Assembly (NCBI RefSeq): GCF_028683135.1
Contig: NZ_JAJUBB010000001.1
Location: 554,277-578,276, forward strand
Origin: Enterovibrio qingdaonensis
GTDB lineage: Bacteria; Pseudomonadota; Gammaproteobacteria; Enterobacterales; Vibrionaceae
Length of the DNA: 24,000 bases
Direction of reading: 5' to 3'
Part shown: positions 7,385-15,626 of the stretch, one piece after another
Layout: the number at the start of each line of letters is the position of its first letter
Position numbering within the stretch: the first letter of the stretch is position 1
The notes under the pieces: generated by a model
The model's input: only the letters and a program-made list of their open reading frames with translations
Database searches by the model: none
Told to the model about the DNA's origin: nothing
Made by a program: the position numbers and the translations under genes

Positions 7385-8372
7385 CCGTGGAAATGGCATT
7401 CTTCGTCTCGCGCTTTTTCCCGTGCTGCTTTTGTTTTGGCAACACTATTTCGGTACGTCCCTTCCATTGATAGCACCGGCAATTTGTGCCATGTTTCTCA
7501 GCATCACCGTAAAGCCACCACCTCTAAAAATGGTGCTTTTCATGGGGATTATGCTCTTTGCATCCGCGTGGTTTCAGGCATTTCTGAGTAATTTCCTCAT
7601 TGACCGACCCATCATTTATTACAGCTGTTTATATATTGTTTTTTACTGGTGTATTGAGCGAGCGCGCAGCAACCCACAGGATCTACTTTCTACCATGCTG
7701 CTATTGTCGACGATCTTGGTCGCTGTATTTACCCAACAAAAGGGGCTGGATGTCAGTCAAATTCCCCTAGCACTGCTCAAGGAAATCATGGTTGCAGGTC
7801 TGGTGGCGTACCTCGCTTTTTTCTTACTACCTGAGGGCAACCCCATTGCTGACACGACCCCACCACCAGCGTTTGGGGCTGTCCACGTTGAAATTTGGCA
7901 CATCATATTTAAAGCGATGGTCATTTTGATCGTGCTTATCACTGCCATTCACATGAACTTGGTACAAAGCACCATAGTGACACTCACCATAGCCCTCATT
8001 TTGAAAGACCCCAACCCCATTAGCGGGCATAGGTACGGATTAAGGCGACTTCTAGCCACTTACGCAGGTTTTTTGTTTGCTATGCCCGCACTCCTTGCCA
8101 GTGCTTTGGAAACTAACCTTGTTGGTCAATTGAGTGCCGCCCTATGCTGTGCCCTATTAATGGGGATATACGCGACGCGGCGTTTCGCGAGCTTTAATGC
8201 CATTCAACTGCTTTTCTCAGGCTATGTGGTTCTTATTTATTACGGCCTGACACAAGGTGCAGGCAGTGCCTTTATTGATGATGGTAAACGCCTGTTTTCG
8301 ATCCTTTTTGCTGTCCTGTTAGGCTCACTCGTATTGGTTCTTATACAACCTTCCAAACGGGTAACTTATTGA
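7374..8372 (+). CDS. Integral membrane protein, probably a half-size FUSC-like (DUF2955-type) efflux partner, 332 aa
   Basis: It overlaps the adaptor gene by 11 nt. It is highly hydrophobic, with two clusters of TM helices separated by a short loop (PEGNPIADTTPPPAFG). The family assignment comes from memory of adaptor-adjacent DUF2955 proteins and was not verified. Confidence 0.5.
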   Translation: MFHSRGNGILRLALFPVLLLFWQHYFGTSLPLIAPAICAMFLSITVKPPPLKMVLFMGIMLFASAWFQAFLSNFLIDRPIIYYSCLYIVFYWCIERARSNPQDLLSTMLLLSTILVAVFTQQKGLDVSQIPLALLKEIMVAGLVAYLAFFLLPEGNPIADTTPPPAFGAVHVEIWHIIFKAMVILIVLITAIHMNLVQSTIVTLTIALILKDPNPISGHRYGLRRLLATYAGFLFAMPALLASALETNLVGQLSAALCCALLMGIYATRRFASFNAIQLLFSGYVVLIYYGLTQGAGSAFIDDGKRLFSILFAVLLGSLVLVLIQPSKRVTY

Positions 8373-8447
8373 TGTGATATTCATCTTCTAAATGCATTTT
8401 GGTGACTGTAAATTTGTCGGTACGTTCTCACTTTAATCTTTTTCAAG

Positions 8448-8476
8448 ATGACCAAACATTCTGTGCTATAGATAAT
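8448..8476 (+). promoter_or_regulatory. Candidate sigma70 promoter of the tna operon
   Basis: ATGACC (8448-8453) is followed by a 17-bp spacer and GATAAT (8471-8476). This places the transcription start roughly 35 nt before tnaC. Confidence 0.35.
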
Positions 8477-8517
8477 ACTATCGTTAGCTTGAATTATTCG
8501 GTTTCAGGTTGGTAATT

Positions 8518-8589
8518 ATGGATATCAGTAAAGAAATGAATCACTGGATCACCCTCGACTACAAAATTGCTTTTTTCTTCCCTGCATAA
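8518..8589 (+). CDS. tnaC: Tryptophanase operon leader peptide TnaC (23 aa: MDISKEMNHWITLDYKIAFFFPA)
   Basis: It lies 199 nt upstream of tnaA. Trp10, Asp14 and Pro22 reproduce the W12-x3-D16-x7-P24 spacing of E. coli TnaC (MNILHICVTSKWFNIDNKIVDHRP). The D-x-K-I element is also shared. It has a single Trp codon at 8545-8547. Confidence 0.75.
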   Translation: MDISKEMNHWITLDYKIAFFFPA

Positions 8590-8788
8590 ATACATTTAGC
8601 GCAGTCTCATGCGTTAGATGCACTCTCACATCTGCAAAATATATCTAAGGGCTAAATAGCTCAGGGGTTTCTTTTGCACAAAAATAATCAAATCATTTTA
8701 AGAAACTAAAATTTCTGACGGACAGCTATCGCCTTAAAATAAATAACGCGCGATAACATGTCGTCCGAAATAAGGAAAAGGCATACTA

Positions 8789-10261
8789 ATGGAAAACTTC
8801 AAACATATTCCTGAACCATTTCGTATTCGCGTTATCGAGCCAGTAAAGCGCACAACACGCGCTTACCGTGAAGAAGCCATTGTAAAAGCGGGCATGAACC
8901 CATTCTTGTTAGACAGCGAAGACGTCTTTATCGATTTATTGACCGACAGTGGCACGGGTGCAATTACGCAAGATATGCAAGCCGCAATGCTGCGTGGTGA
9001 TGAAGCTTACAGTGGGAGCCGCAGCTACTATGCACTCTCCAATGCAGTGAAAGACATCTTTGGTTACGCGTTAACTATCCCTACGCACCAAGGCCGTGGT
9101 GCTGAGCAAATCTATATTCCCGTGCTGATCAAAAAGCGTGAGAAAGAAAAAGGCTTAGACAGAAACAAAATGGTCGCGCTGTCGAACTACTTCTTTGACA
9201 CCACGCAAGGCCATACACAAGTAAACTGCTGTGTGGCGAAGAACGTGTACACCAAAGAAGCCTTTGACACCTCCGTCACGGCAGATTTTAAAGGTAACTT
9301 TGACCTAGAGAAGTTGGAAGCGGCGATTATCGAAGCGGGTGCGGAAAACGTGCCATACATCGTAAGCACCATCACGTGTAACTCTGCAGGCGGTCAGCCA
9401 GTTTCTATTGCCAACTTAAAGGCGGTCTACGAGATTGGTCAGAAATATGACATCCCAGTCATCATGGACTCCGCGCGCTTTGCTGAGAATGCTTACTTTG
9501 TGCAGCAACGCGAAGAGGAATACAAAGACTGGACCATCGCCGATATCACGCGCGAAGCCTATAAATATGCTGATGGTCTGGCGATGTCCGCGAAAAAAGA
9601 TGCCATGGTCCAAATGGGCGGCCTGCTGTGCTTCAAAGACGAATCCATGATGGATGTTTATCAAGAGTGTCGCACCCTTTGTGTCGTTCAAGAAGGCTTC
9701 CCAACATACGGCGGGCTTGAAGGCGGTGCCATGGAACGTTTGGCCGTTGGCCTTTACGATGGCATGCGCCAAGAATGGCTGGAGTACCGTATCAAGCAAG
9801 TTCAATATCTGGTTGATGGTTTGGAATCTATCGGAGTTATCTGTCAACAAGCAGGTGGCCATGCCGCATTTGTTGATGCAGGTAAACTGTTACCGCATAT
9901 TCCCGCAGATCAATTCCCTGCTCATGCATTGGCTTGTGAGCTCTATAAAGTCGCGGGCATCCGTGCGGTAGAAATCGGCTCTCTTTTGCAAGGCCGTGAC
10001 CCACAAACAGGTGAGCAATACCCTTGCCCAGCTGAACTTCTTCGACTCACTATTCCTCGTGCTACCTATACCCAATCGCACATGGATTTCATTATTGAAG
10101 CGTTTGAAGAGGTGAAAAAGAACGCCCAATATGTGAAGGGCCTTGAGTTCACCTATGAGCCATCAGTATTGCGTCACTTTACTGCTCGACTCACTGAGGT
10201 ATCACCGGTAACAACTATAAAAAAGCCTTCGGCTAAACCTCAATTAGAACCAACCGCATAA
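8789..10261 (+). CDS. tnaA: Tryptophanase (tryptophan indole-lyase), 490 aa
   Basis: The N-terminus [31 protein letters not shown]... is nearly identical to E. coli TnaA. The PLP-lysine region [10 protein letters not shown] is present. It is collinear with E. coli TnaA through ...[12 protein letters not shown], then carries a 19-aa extra tail. Confidence 0.97.
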   Translation: MENFKHIPEPFRIRVIEPVKRTTRAYREEAIVKAGMNPFLLDSEDVFIDLLTDSGTGAITQDMQAAMLRGDEAYSGSRSYYALSNAVKDIFGYALTIPTHQGRGAEQIYIPVLIKKREKEKGLDRNKMVALSNYFFDTTQGHTQVNCCVAKNVYTKEAFDTSVTADFKGNFDLEKLEAAIIEAGAENVPYIVSTITCNSAGGQPVSIANLKAVYEIGQKYDIPVIMDSARFAENAYFVQQREEEYKDWTIADITREAYKYADGLAMSAKKDAMVQMGGLLCFKDESMMDVYQECRTLCVVQEGFPTYGGLEGGAMERLAVGLYDGMRQEWLEYRIKQVQYLVDGLESIGVICQQAGGHAAFVDAGKLLPHIPADQFPAHALACELYKVAGIRAVEIGSLLQGRDPQTGEQYPCPAELLRLTIPRATYTQSHMDFIIEAFEEVKKNAQYVKGLEFTYEPSVLRHFTARLTEVSPVTTIKKPSAKPQLEPTA

Positions 10262-10271
10262 ATATATTATC

Positions 10272-10300
10272 GAGCGCAATTAATATTGCGCTCTTTTTTT
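10272..10300 (+). terminator. Rho-independent terminator between tnaA and tnaB
   Basis: GAGCGCAAT (10272-10280) / ATTGCGCTC (10285-10293) has a 4-nt loop and is followed by T7 (10294-10300). Confidence 0.8.
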
Positions 10301-10343
10301 ACCTTTTTTAAATTTAATTTCGTGAAATTTGAGAGTTATAATT

Positions 10344-11558
10344 ATGGAAAAGAGCCCTTCTTTAATAGGGGGAGCCTGTATCATTGCCAGCGTTTGCGTT
10401 GGTGCTGGTATGTTAGGGCTCCCCAGTTCAGGTGCGGGAGCCTGGACAGTTTGGTCAATTCTTGCAATTACAGCAACCATGATTGTTATGACTATTTCTG
10501 GTTGGATGTTATTGGAGTCGTTTAAACACTACGATCTAAAAGTTTCTTTTAATTCTGTTACTAAAGATCTTCTCGGCAGCAAAGTAAATCTCTTCAATAA
10601 TATTACCGTATACTTTGTCGGAGGCATTTTATTATATGCTTACATTACATCTTCTGGCCTGATCCTGCAGGAAATAACAGGACTTAGCAGTCAGCTAACC
10701 TCCATCATTTTTGTTTTAGTCTTTTCGCTATTTGTTTGGCATTCCACGCGCGCAGTGGACCGTATTTCAGTCGTTCTGATTGCATTTATGGTTCTGAGTT
10801 TTGTCTTTGGCGTGTCGGGAATGGCAATTAACGTCGATTTAGGTGTGCTTTTCGATGCTGCAAATGAAGAGCGTAAATATGCACCTTACGCAATGGCTAT
10901 GTTACCTGTGGCGTTAACCTCGTTTGGTTACCACCATTCCGTGTCGTCAATGCGTGCCTACTATGGCGAAGAGCGTAAAGCAAAGTACGCGATTCTCGGT
11001 GGCACAATCATTGCGCTAACACTGTATTGCCTATGGTTGGTCAGTATTTTTGGCAACCTCCCTCGCCATGAGTTTGGTCCGGTTATTGAGCAAGGTGGTA
11101 ATGTCGATGTTCTGTTGAAAGAACTCGATGGTGTTATCACCTCAGACAGCGTCTCCAAAGCCATCAATGCATTCTCAATGGCCGCAATACTGTCCTCCTT
11201 TATAGGCGTAGGCTTAGGTGTTTTTGACTTCTTGGCCGATTTCTTCAAGTTTGACGATACGCGAGAAGGCAGAACCAAATGTTGGTTGGTGACTTTCTTA
11301 CCGCCATTGGTCATGTCACTGCTATTTCCGTTCGGATTCATCGTTGCTATCGGCTACGCGGGTGCTGCGGCAACCGTTTGGGCATGTATCGTTCCAGCAC
11401 TGCTGGCGTTGAAATCACGTTCAATGATTGGCGGCAATCAAGGCTTTATGGCACCGGGCGGGAAAGCCATGATTGGTGCGGTCATTCTTTTTGGTGTGCT
11501 AACGGCACTCTTCCACTTCCTCGCTATGGCTGGGTTATTACCTGCATTCATCGGGTAA
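10344..11558 (+). CDS. tnaB: Tryptophan-specific permease of the aromatic amino acid (HAAAP, Mtr/TnaB/TyrP) family
   Basis: It lies immediately downstream of tnaA and has about 11 TMs. The N-terminal GGACIIASVCVGAGMLGLP matches the TnaB/Mtr G-rich motif, and SFNSVTKDLLG parallels E. coli SFNTITKDLIG. I chose ATG 10344 (MEKSPS...) over the TTG at 10329 used by the ORF track. Confidence 0.85.
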   Translation: MEKSPSLIGGACIIASVCVGAGMLGLPSSGAGAWTVWSILAITATMIVMTISGWMLLESFKHYDLKVSFNSVTKDLLGSKVNLFNNITVYFVGGILLYAYITSSGLILQEITGLSSQLTSIIFVLVFSLFVWHSTRAVDRISVVLIAFMVLSFVFGVSGMAINVDLGVLFDAANEERKYAPYAMAMLPVALTSFGYHHSVSSMRAYYGEERKAKYAILGGTIIALTLYCLWLVSIFGNLPRHEFGPVIEQGGNVDVLLKELDGVITSDSVSKAINAFSMAAILSSFIGVGLGVFDFLADFFKFDDTREGRTKCWLVTFLPPLVMSLLFPFGFIVAIGYAGAAATVWACIVPALLALKSRSMIGGNQGFMAPGGKAMIGAVILFGVLTALFHFLAMAGLLPAFIG

Positions 11559-11576
11559 AAACCACATCTTCGTTAT

Positions 11577-11604
11577 TCAAAAGGCCGCATTGCGGCCTTT
11601 TTAT
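11577..11604. terminator. Bidirectional rho-independent terminator shared by tnaB (+) and the histidine kinase gene (-)
   Basis: AAGGCCGCA (11581-11589) / TGCGGCCTT (11591-11599) is flanked by A-rich sequence upstream and T-rich sequence downstream. Confidence 0.85.
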
Positions 11605-11610
11605 TCCACA

Positions 11611-13260
11611 TCATTCTTTGGTTTCTGAGTTCGATGTTTCATCATCTTCAGGCGTTTTTACCGACGCAACGCCATGTGCGTTAAACGAAGGCAGTGGCTC
11701 TCCCTTTTTCCCCTCTTTATCTTGAGCAAACACATGCAACGTCTCTGAGTTATCCAACTTATCACCCTCTTCTTTTTTGAAGCGTTGAGCATGAACATGT
11801 GGAAGATGTGATGTTAAGGGAGGGGTATCCTCTTCCAATTCCTGTGGAATATCTTGAATCGGCGTTACGCCAAGGGTGTTTGCTGATAACTCAAATGTCA
11901 CCAGAAATACCGAATTTTTGACGGCAACATGCAACGTAGTTTGATGAAGGCTTAATATCGCTTCAACAATTTTCGTCCCCATACCGAGTGAGCCTGACGT
12001 ACTGTGTTGATCTATGCTGTTTTGGATTTGAAAGACAATCCGTGTCGAACCTTTACGTTTACCTTCAATTTTAATCTTACTTTGCGCAGGACTATGACGC
12101 ACAGCGTTCTCGATCAAATTATCAAACACCCGATTTATTAGTTGCTCGTCGGCCATTATCGCAAGCTTAGGATCGGCAATAATCGACATTTCTATCTGTT
12201 TTTGGGTCAACGATAAATCGAATCGCTTTTTCACCTCAGTAAGCAACGCCAGCACCCCTATGCCCTGATAGGAAAGTACAACTTTTGCAGACGGTGAGCG
12301 CGCCGCTTCTAACTGTTCGTTAAGGCGCTGTTGGAGTCTGAGCGCATTGTGATACGCCGTATCAATCATTCCTTGGCCTTCTTTGTGCTGAATGCGCCAC
12401 GTTTCGAGATAACCAAGAATATTCGCAAGTGGCGTTTTTAAATCATGACTTAACTGCACCAAGTGTTCTCTTCGCTGCGCTTCCTGTACCCGAAGTTGAA
12501 TGAACTGTTGTTGAATAATCGCCATCATGCGTCGATATTGCGCCGCTAACTCTTGCAATTCTGCCGCGTTGAACTGAAGAGGAGGGGTGATCCTAAACTC
12601 TGATAAAGCGGCGTCTTCTATTTGTTTCACCATCATCTTACCCGGTGAAATAATCTGCCTGTAGACCATGCGATAGACCACTAAGGCAAAAAACAAAATG
12701 GCGATCAAGGCACCTGCAACAACGGGTATGTATTGCAAGAGAGACGTCGGGTCGTCTAACGCTATTCGCTGTTGACTGCCAATCACCACATACAGGTAAC
12801 CTGCAATGTCTTCACCTACGTCGATTTGCGCTGCTGAAAAGACCTTTTTTCTACCGGGCATGAGCGGATCCTCTCCCAAAATTGGAAAAGGTTGCCCTGC
12901 TAAGAATTGTTTGATCGGCGTTGTATCGATCTGCGGTTGAAGCACATCGTCAATTGGGGGGCCGGACGTCGTAATATTGCCGTCAGGGTCTAAGAAGTAA
13001 ATTTCAAAATCAGGTCCCAACAACATCAGCGTATGGAAAATCGAAGACAACGCATTGGGGCTATAGTCATCACCCACCATCAGCGGGTTGTCGTCTCGCA
13101 TATGTACAGCAAGTTCTCTGTGAAGCGACTGCTGTGTGCGAAGCTCATTTTCTTCCCAAACGCTAACACTCAACAAGGTCAATATCGCTGCACTCACGAG
13201 AAACCAAACCGACGTGAACAACAACAATCGATGCTTAAACGCCAAGCGCAACCTCCTCAA
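11611..13260 (-). CDS. Sensor histidine kinase (two TM segments, periplasmic domain, HisKA + HATPase_c) with an acidic C-terminal tail, 549 aa
   Basis: The H-box is LSHDLKTPLANILGYLE and the N-box is FDNLIENAVRHSP, with a G-box-like GSLGMGTKIVEAI. TM1 is LLLFTSVWFLVSAAILTLL and TM2 is IPVVAGALIAILFFALVVY. About 90 low-complexity residues follow the ATPase domain. Confidence 0.9.
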   Translation of the reverse strand: MRRLRLAFKHRLLLFTSVWFLVSAAILTLLSVSVWEENELRTQQSLHRELAVHMRDDNPLMVGDDYSPNALSSIFHTLMLLGPDFEIYFLDPDGNITTSGPPIDDVLQPQIDTTPIKQFLAGQPFPILGEDPLMPGRKKVFSAAQIDVGEDIAGYLYVVIGSQQRIALDDPTSLLQYIPVVAGALIAILFFALVVYRMVYRQIISPGKMMVKQIEDAALSEFRITPPLQFNAAELQELAAQYRRMMAIIQQQFIQLRVQEAQRREHLVQLSHDLKTPLANILGYLETWRIQHKEGQGMIDTAYHNALRLQQRLNEQLEAARSPSAKVVLSYQGIGVLALLTEVKKRFDLSLTQKQIEMSIIADPKLAIMADEQLINRVFDNLIENAVRHSPAQSKIKIEGKRKGSTRIVFQIQNSIDQHSTSGSLGMGTKIVEAILSLHQTTLHVAVKNSVFLVTFELSANTLGVTPIQDIPQELEEDTPPLTSHLPHVHAQRFKKEEGDKLDNSETLHVFAQDKEGKKGEPLPSFNAHGVASVKTPEDDETSNSETKE

Positions 13261-13263
13261 CCC

Positions 13264-14007
13264 TTAATGCTTCATCGGGGCAGACTCACGGAACTTATAC
13301 CCTACTCCCCAAACAGTATGGATGTATTTTGGCACATTGGGTCGGCTCTCCAATTTGCTCCTTAATCGGTTCACGGCACAACAAACGGTATGCCGATAAC
13401 CATCATAATCGGTGTTCCACACACGGCTCAAAAGCTCATCTTTGCTAAAAACACGGTCAGGGCGCTTTGCAAGGCAACACAACAAGGAAAATTCGGTGGG
13501 TGTTAGGTCAATCGAAATGCCGTCTAGCGTGACGCAATGGGTTTCCTGGCAAATTTCCAGATGCTTAAAAATCATTGCCGAGGGTGAATTCACTGGTTCA
13601 ACAGGATTCACGCTAGGTGTATCAACCGACCATTGATGGTGCGTGATACGACGTAACAAAGCGCGAACTCGGGCCTGAAACTCAATCACGCTAAACGGTT
13701 TCGCCAAATAGTCATCAGCCCCTGATTCAAACCCCTCAACCATGTCCGTTTCGGTGTCCATCGCCGTCAAAATAAGAATAGGCAAACCTTTCTGCTGGCG
13801 GCGAAGCTGTTGGCATAGCACGACCCCATCACCATCCTCTAACCCTCGGTCTAAAACGATGGCGTCCACCATGCAGCTATTAAGTATTTCAAACCCCTCT
13901 TGCAGCGATGCGCCTTTCAAAACATCAAACCCCATGACTTTCAAATGAAGCGCAATAAGATCAGAAATATCCGCATCATCTTCCAACACCAGAACTGTTT
14001 GAGACAT
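13264..14007 (-). CDS. OmpR/PhoB-family response regulator, 247 aa
   Basis: The receiver domain shows VLVLEDDADISDL, DAIVLDRGLEDGDG and LPILILTAMD. The winged-helix output shows LTPTEFSLLCCLAKRPDRVFSKDELL...VWGVGYKF. Its stop lies 3 nt before the kinase start. Confidence 0.92.
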   Translation of the reverse strand: MSQTVLVLEDDADISDLIALHLKVMGFDVLKGASLQEGFEILNSCMVDAIVLDRGLEDGDGVVLCQQLRRQQKGLPILILTAMDTETDMVEGFESGADDYLAKPFSVIEFQARVRALLRRITHHQWSVDTPSVNPVEPVNSPSAMIFKHLEICQETHCVTLDGISIDLTPTEFSLLCCLAKRPDRVFSKDELLSRVWNTDYDGYRHTVCCAVNRLRSKLESRPNVPKYIHTVWGVGYKFRESAPMKH

Positions 14008-14467
14008 AGCATCACCACAATAAGAGTCGTTATTGACAGTGTGTAAGAACCTTAGGAGCCCAACCTTCTTTCACCAATCTCGGCTTGAAATGCACAAAGT
14101 CCCCTCTTTCTCTCTCATGTAATCAAATTCTTATTTCTCAGACGGATTGAAAAATTTCTTTATAGCTAAAACGTATGAAACTCCTTATATATAGAGCGTT
14201 TGGATATATTTAAAAATCAGTCACTTACTGGTAGTCGCCCATTCATCACACCCCAACCATTTACTTAGAACGCGAAGCAATTCAATTTCAAAATGTAACA
14301 TCAAGAGGGAAATTGTGATGCGGATTTGTTATCATTAATTCTATTGCGCTTAAAACAATCAGACAGTTAAACCACTTTTTGATGTTTTACGTAGTAGAAA
14401 GTCACCGAAGAAAATGATTAGACCTGTATTCATTCATCGTGGCTATTTTTAATGAGAGGGAACTTCC

Positions 14468-15460
14468 ATGAAAAAACTTTTAACCACGTCGTTGCTGTTG
14501 CTGGCGTCCGCTCCTATGACAAGCTTGGCTTCAGAATGTGGCAAGGTAACAATCGCGGATATGAACTGGAACTCCGCAAGCCTCATCGCTAACGTTGACC
14601 GCTTTATCCTCGCAGAAGGCTATAACTGCGATGCTGAATTGGTTCCAGGCGACACGATGCCAACGGGTACATCCATGATCGAAAAGGGTGAGCCTGATGT
14701 TGCACCTGAGCTTTGGAGTAATTCACTTAAAGCTGCACTGGATCGTGGTGTAGAAGAAGGTCGCCTTCGTTTCACTGGTGCTGTTCTTTCCGATGGTGGT
14801 GAAGAAGGTTTTTGGGTACCTAAGTACTTAGTAGATAAGAAACCCGAACTCGCGACAATTGAAGGCATTGTGGCCAACCGTGAGCTGTTTGAACACCCAG
14901 AAGATCCATCTAAGTCAGCATTCTACGGCTGTCCAGCGGGTTGGAACTGTCAAATTTCCTCTGGCAACCTATTTAGCGCAATGGGCTTAGGTGATGCTGG
15001 TTTTGAACTGATTGATCCAGGTTCAGGCGCTGGCTTGTCAGGCTCAATTGCCAAAGCCTACGAGCGAGGTGAAGGTTGGTTTGGTTACTACTGGGCACCA
15101 ACAGCCGTTCTCGGTAAATATGAAATGGTGAAAGTCGATTTTGGCTCGGGTGTTGATGAAGAACACTTCAAAAGCTGTACCACCAGTGCAGAATGTTTGG
15201 AGCCTAAAGTGACCATGTATCCACCATCAGCAGTTGATACCGTTATCACTGAAAGCTTTGCAGGCCGCTCTCCAGAAGCCGTGAACTATTTATCTACACG
15301 CTCTTTCACTAATGCACAATTAAATAGTTTGCTTGCATGGATGGAAGAGAATCAGGCCGATGGTGAAATCGCCGCACAACACTTCCTTGAGAATCACGAA
15401 GATATCTGGGGTCAATGGGTAAGCCCAGAAGTCGCTACTAAAGTGAAAGCTGCGCTGTAA
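14468..15460 (+). CDS. proX: Glycine betaine/proline betaine-type ABC transporter substrate-binding protein (OpuAC/ProX family), 330 aa
   Basis: It has a signal peptide (MKKLLTTSLLLLASAPMTSLA). The mature protein has NWNSASL and GYYWAP aromatic motifs typical of quaternary-amine binding proteins. It is followed by permease and ATPase genes. Confidence 0.8.
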   Translation: MKKLLTTSLLLLASAPMTSLASECGKVTIADMNWNSASLIANVDRFILAEGYNCDAELVPGDTMPTGTSMIEKGEPDVAPELWSNSLKAALDRGVEEGRLRFTGAVLSDGGEEGFWVPKYLVDKKPELATIEGIVANRELFEHPEDPSKSAFYGCPAGWNCQISSGNLFSAMGLGDAGFELIDPGSGAGLSGSIAKAYERGEGWFGYYWAPTAVLGKYEMVKVDFGSGVDEEHFKSCTTSAECLEPKVTMYPPSAVDTVITESFAGRSPEAVNYLSTRSFTNAQLNSLLAWMEENQADGEIAAQHFLENHEDIWGQWVSPEVATKVKAAL

Positions 15461-15473
15461 CGCCTCTCCCAAA

Positions 15474-15506
15474 GCGGCGGGTTGTGTTTCTCAGCCCGCC
15501 ATTTTC
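15474..15506 (+). terminator. Intercistronic hairpin / partial terminator between proX and proW
   Basis: GGCGGG (15476-15481) / CCCGCC (15495-15500) has a 13-nt loop and is followed by ATTTTC. Confidence 0.45.
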
Positions 15507-15626
15507 AATATAACGATAATTATTTTGTGACCTATCTTAGCTATGTCTTAAATAAGGTTACGTAAGACCCTTAGTACAAGGGTGTATAGTTTTAATAATT
15601 AAGGACGCAGAGGACGCAGTACTGTT

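Noticed and set aside
8373-8388. CRP-binding site TGTGATATTCATCTTC upstream of the tna promoter
   Set aside because: Only the left half-site TGTGA is good, and the right half matches 2 of 5. Its centre lies about 100 nt upstream of my tentative transcription start. The position is uncertain and the match is weak.
9416-9862. 148-aa minus-strand ORF inside tnaA, plus other antisense or off-frame ORFs at 9187..9375, 9435..9650, 9654..9971 and 9890..10129
   Set aside because: They lie within the near-certain tryptophanase reading frame. They are typical antisense or alternate-frame artefacts.
10961-11725. ORFs 10961..11341 (-) and 11279..11725 (+) spanning the tnaB 3' end, the terminator and the kinase 3' end
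   Set aside because: They overlap well-supported genes and run through a bidirectional terminator. They have no coding signatures.
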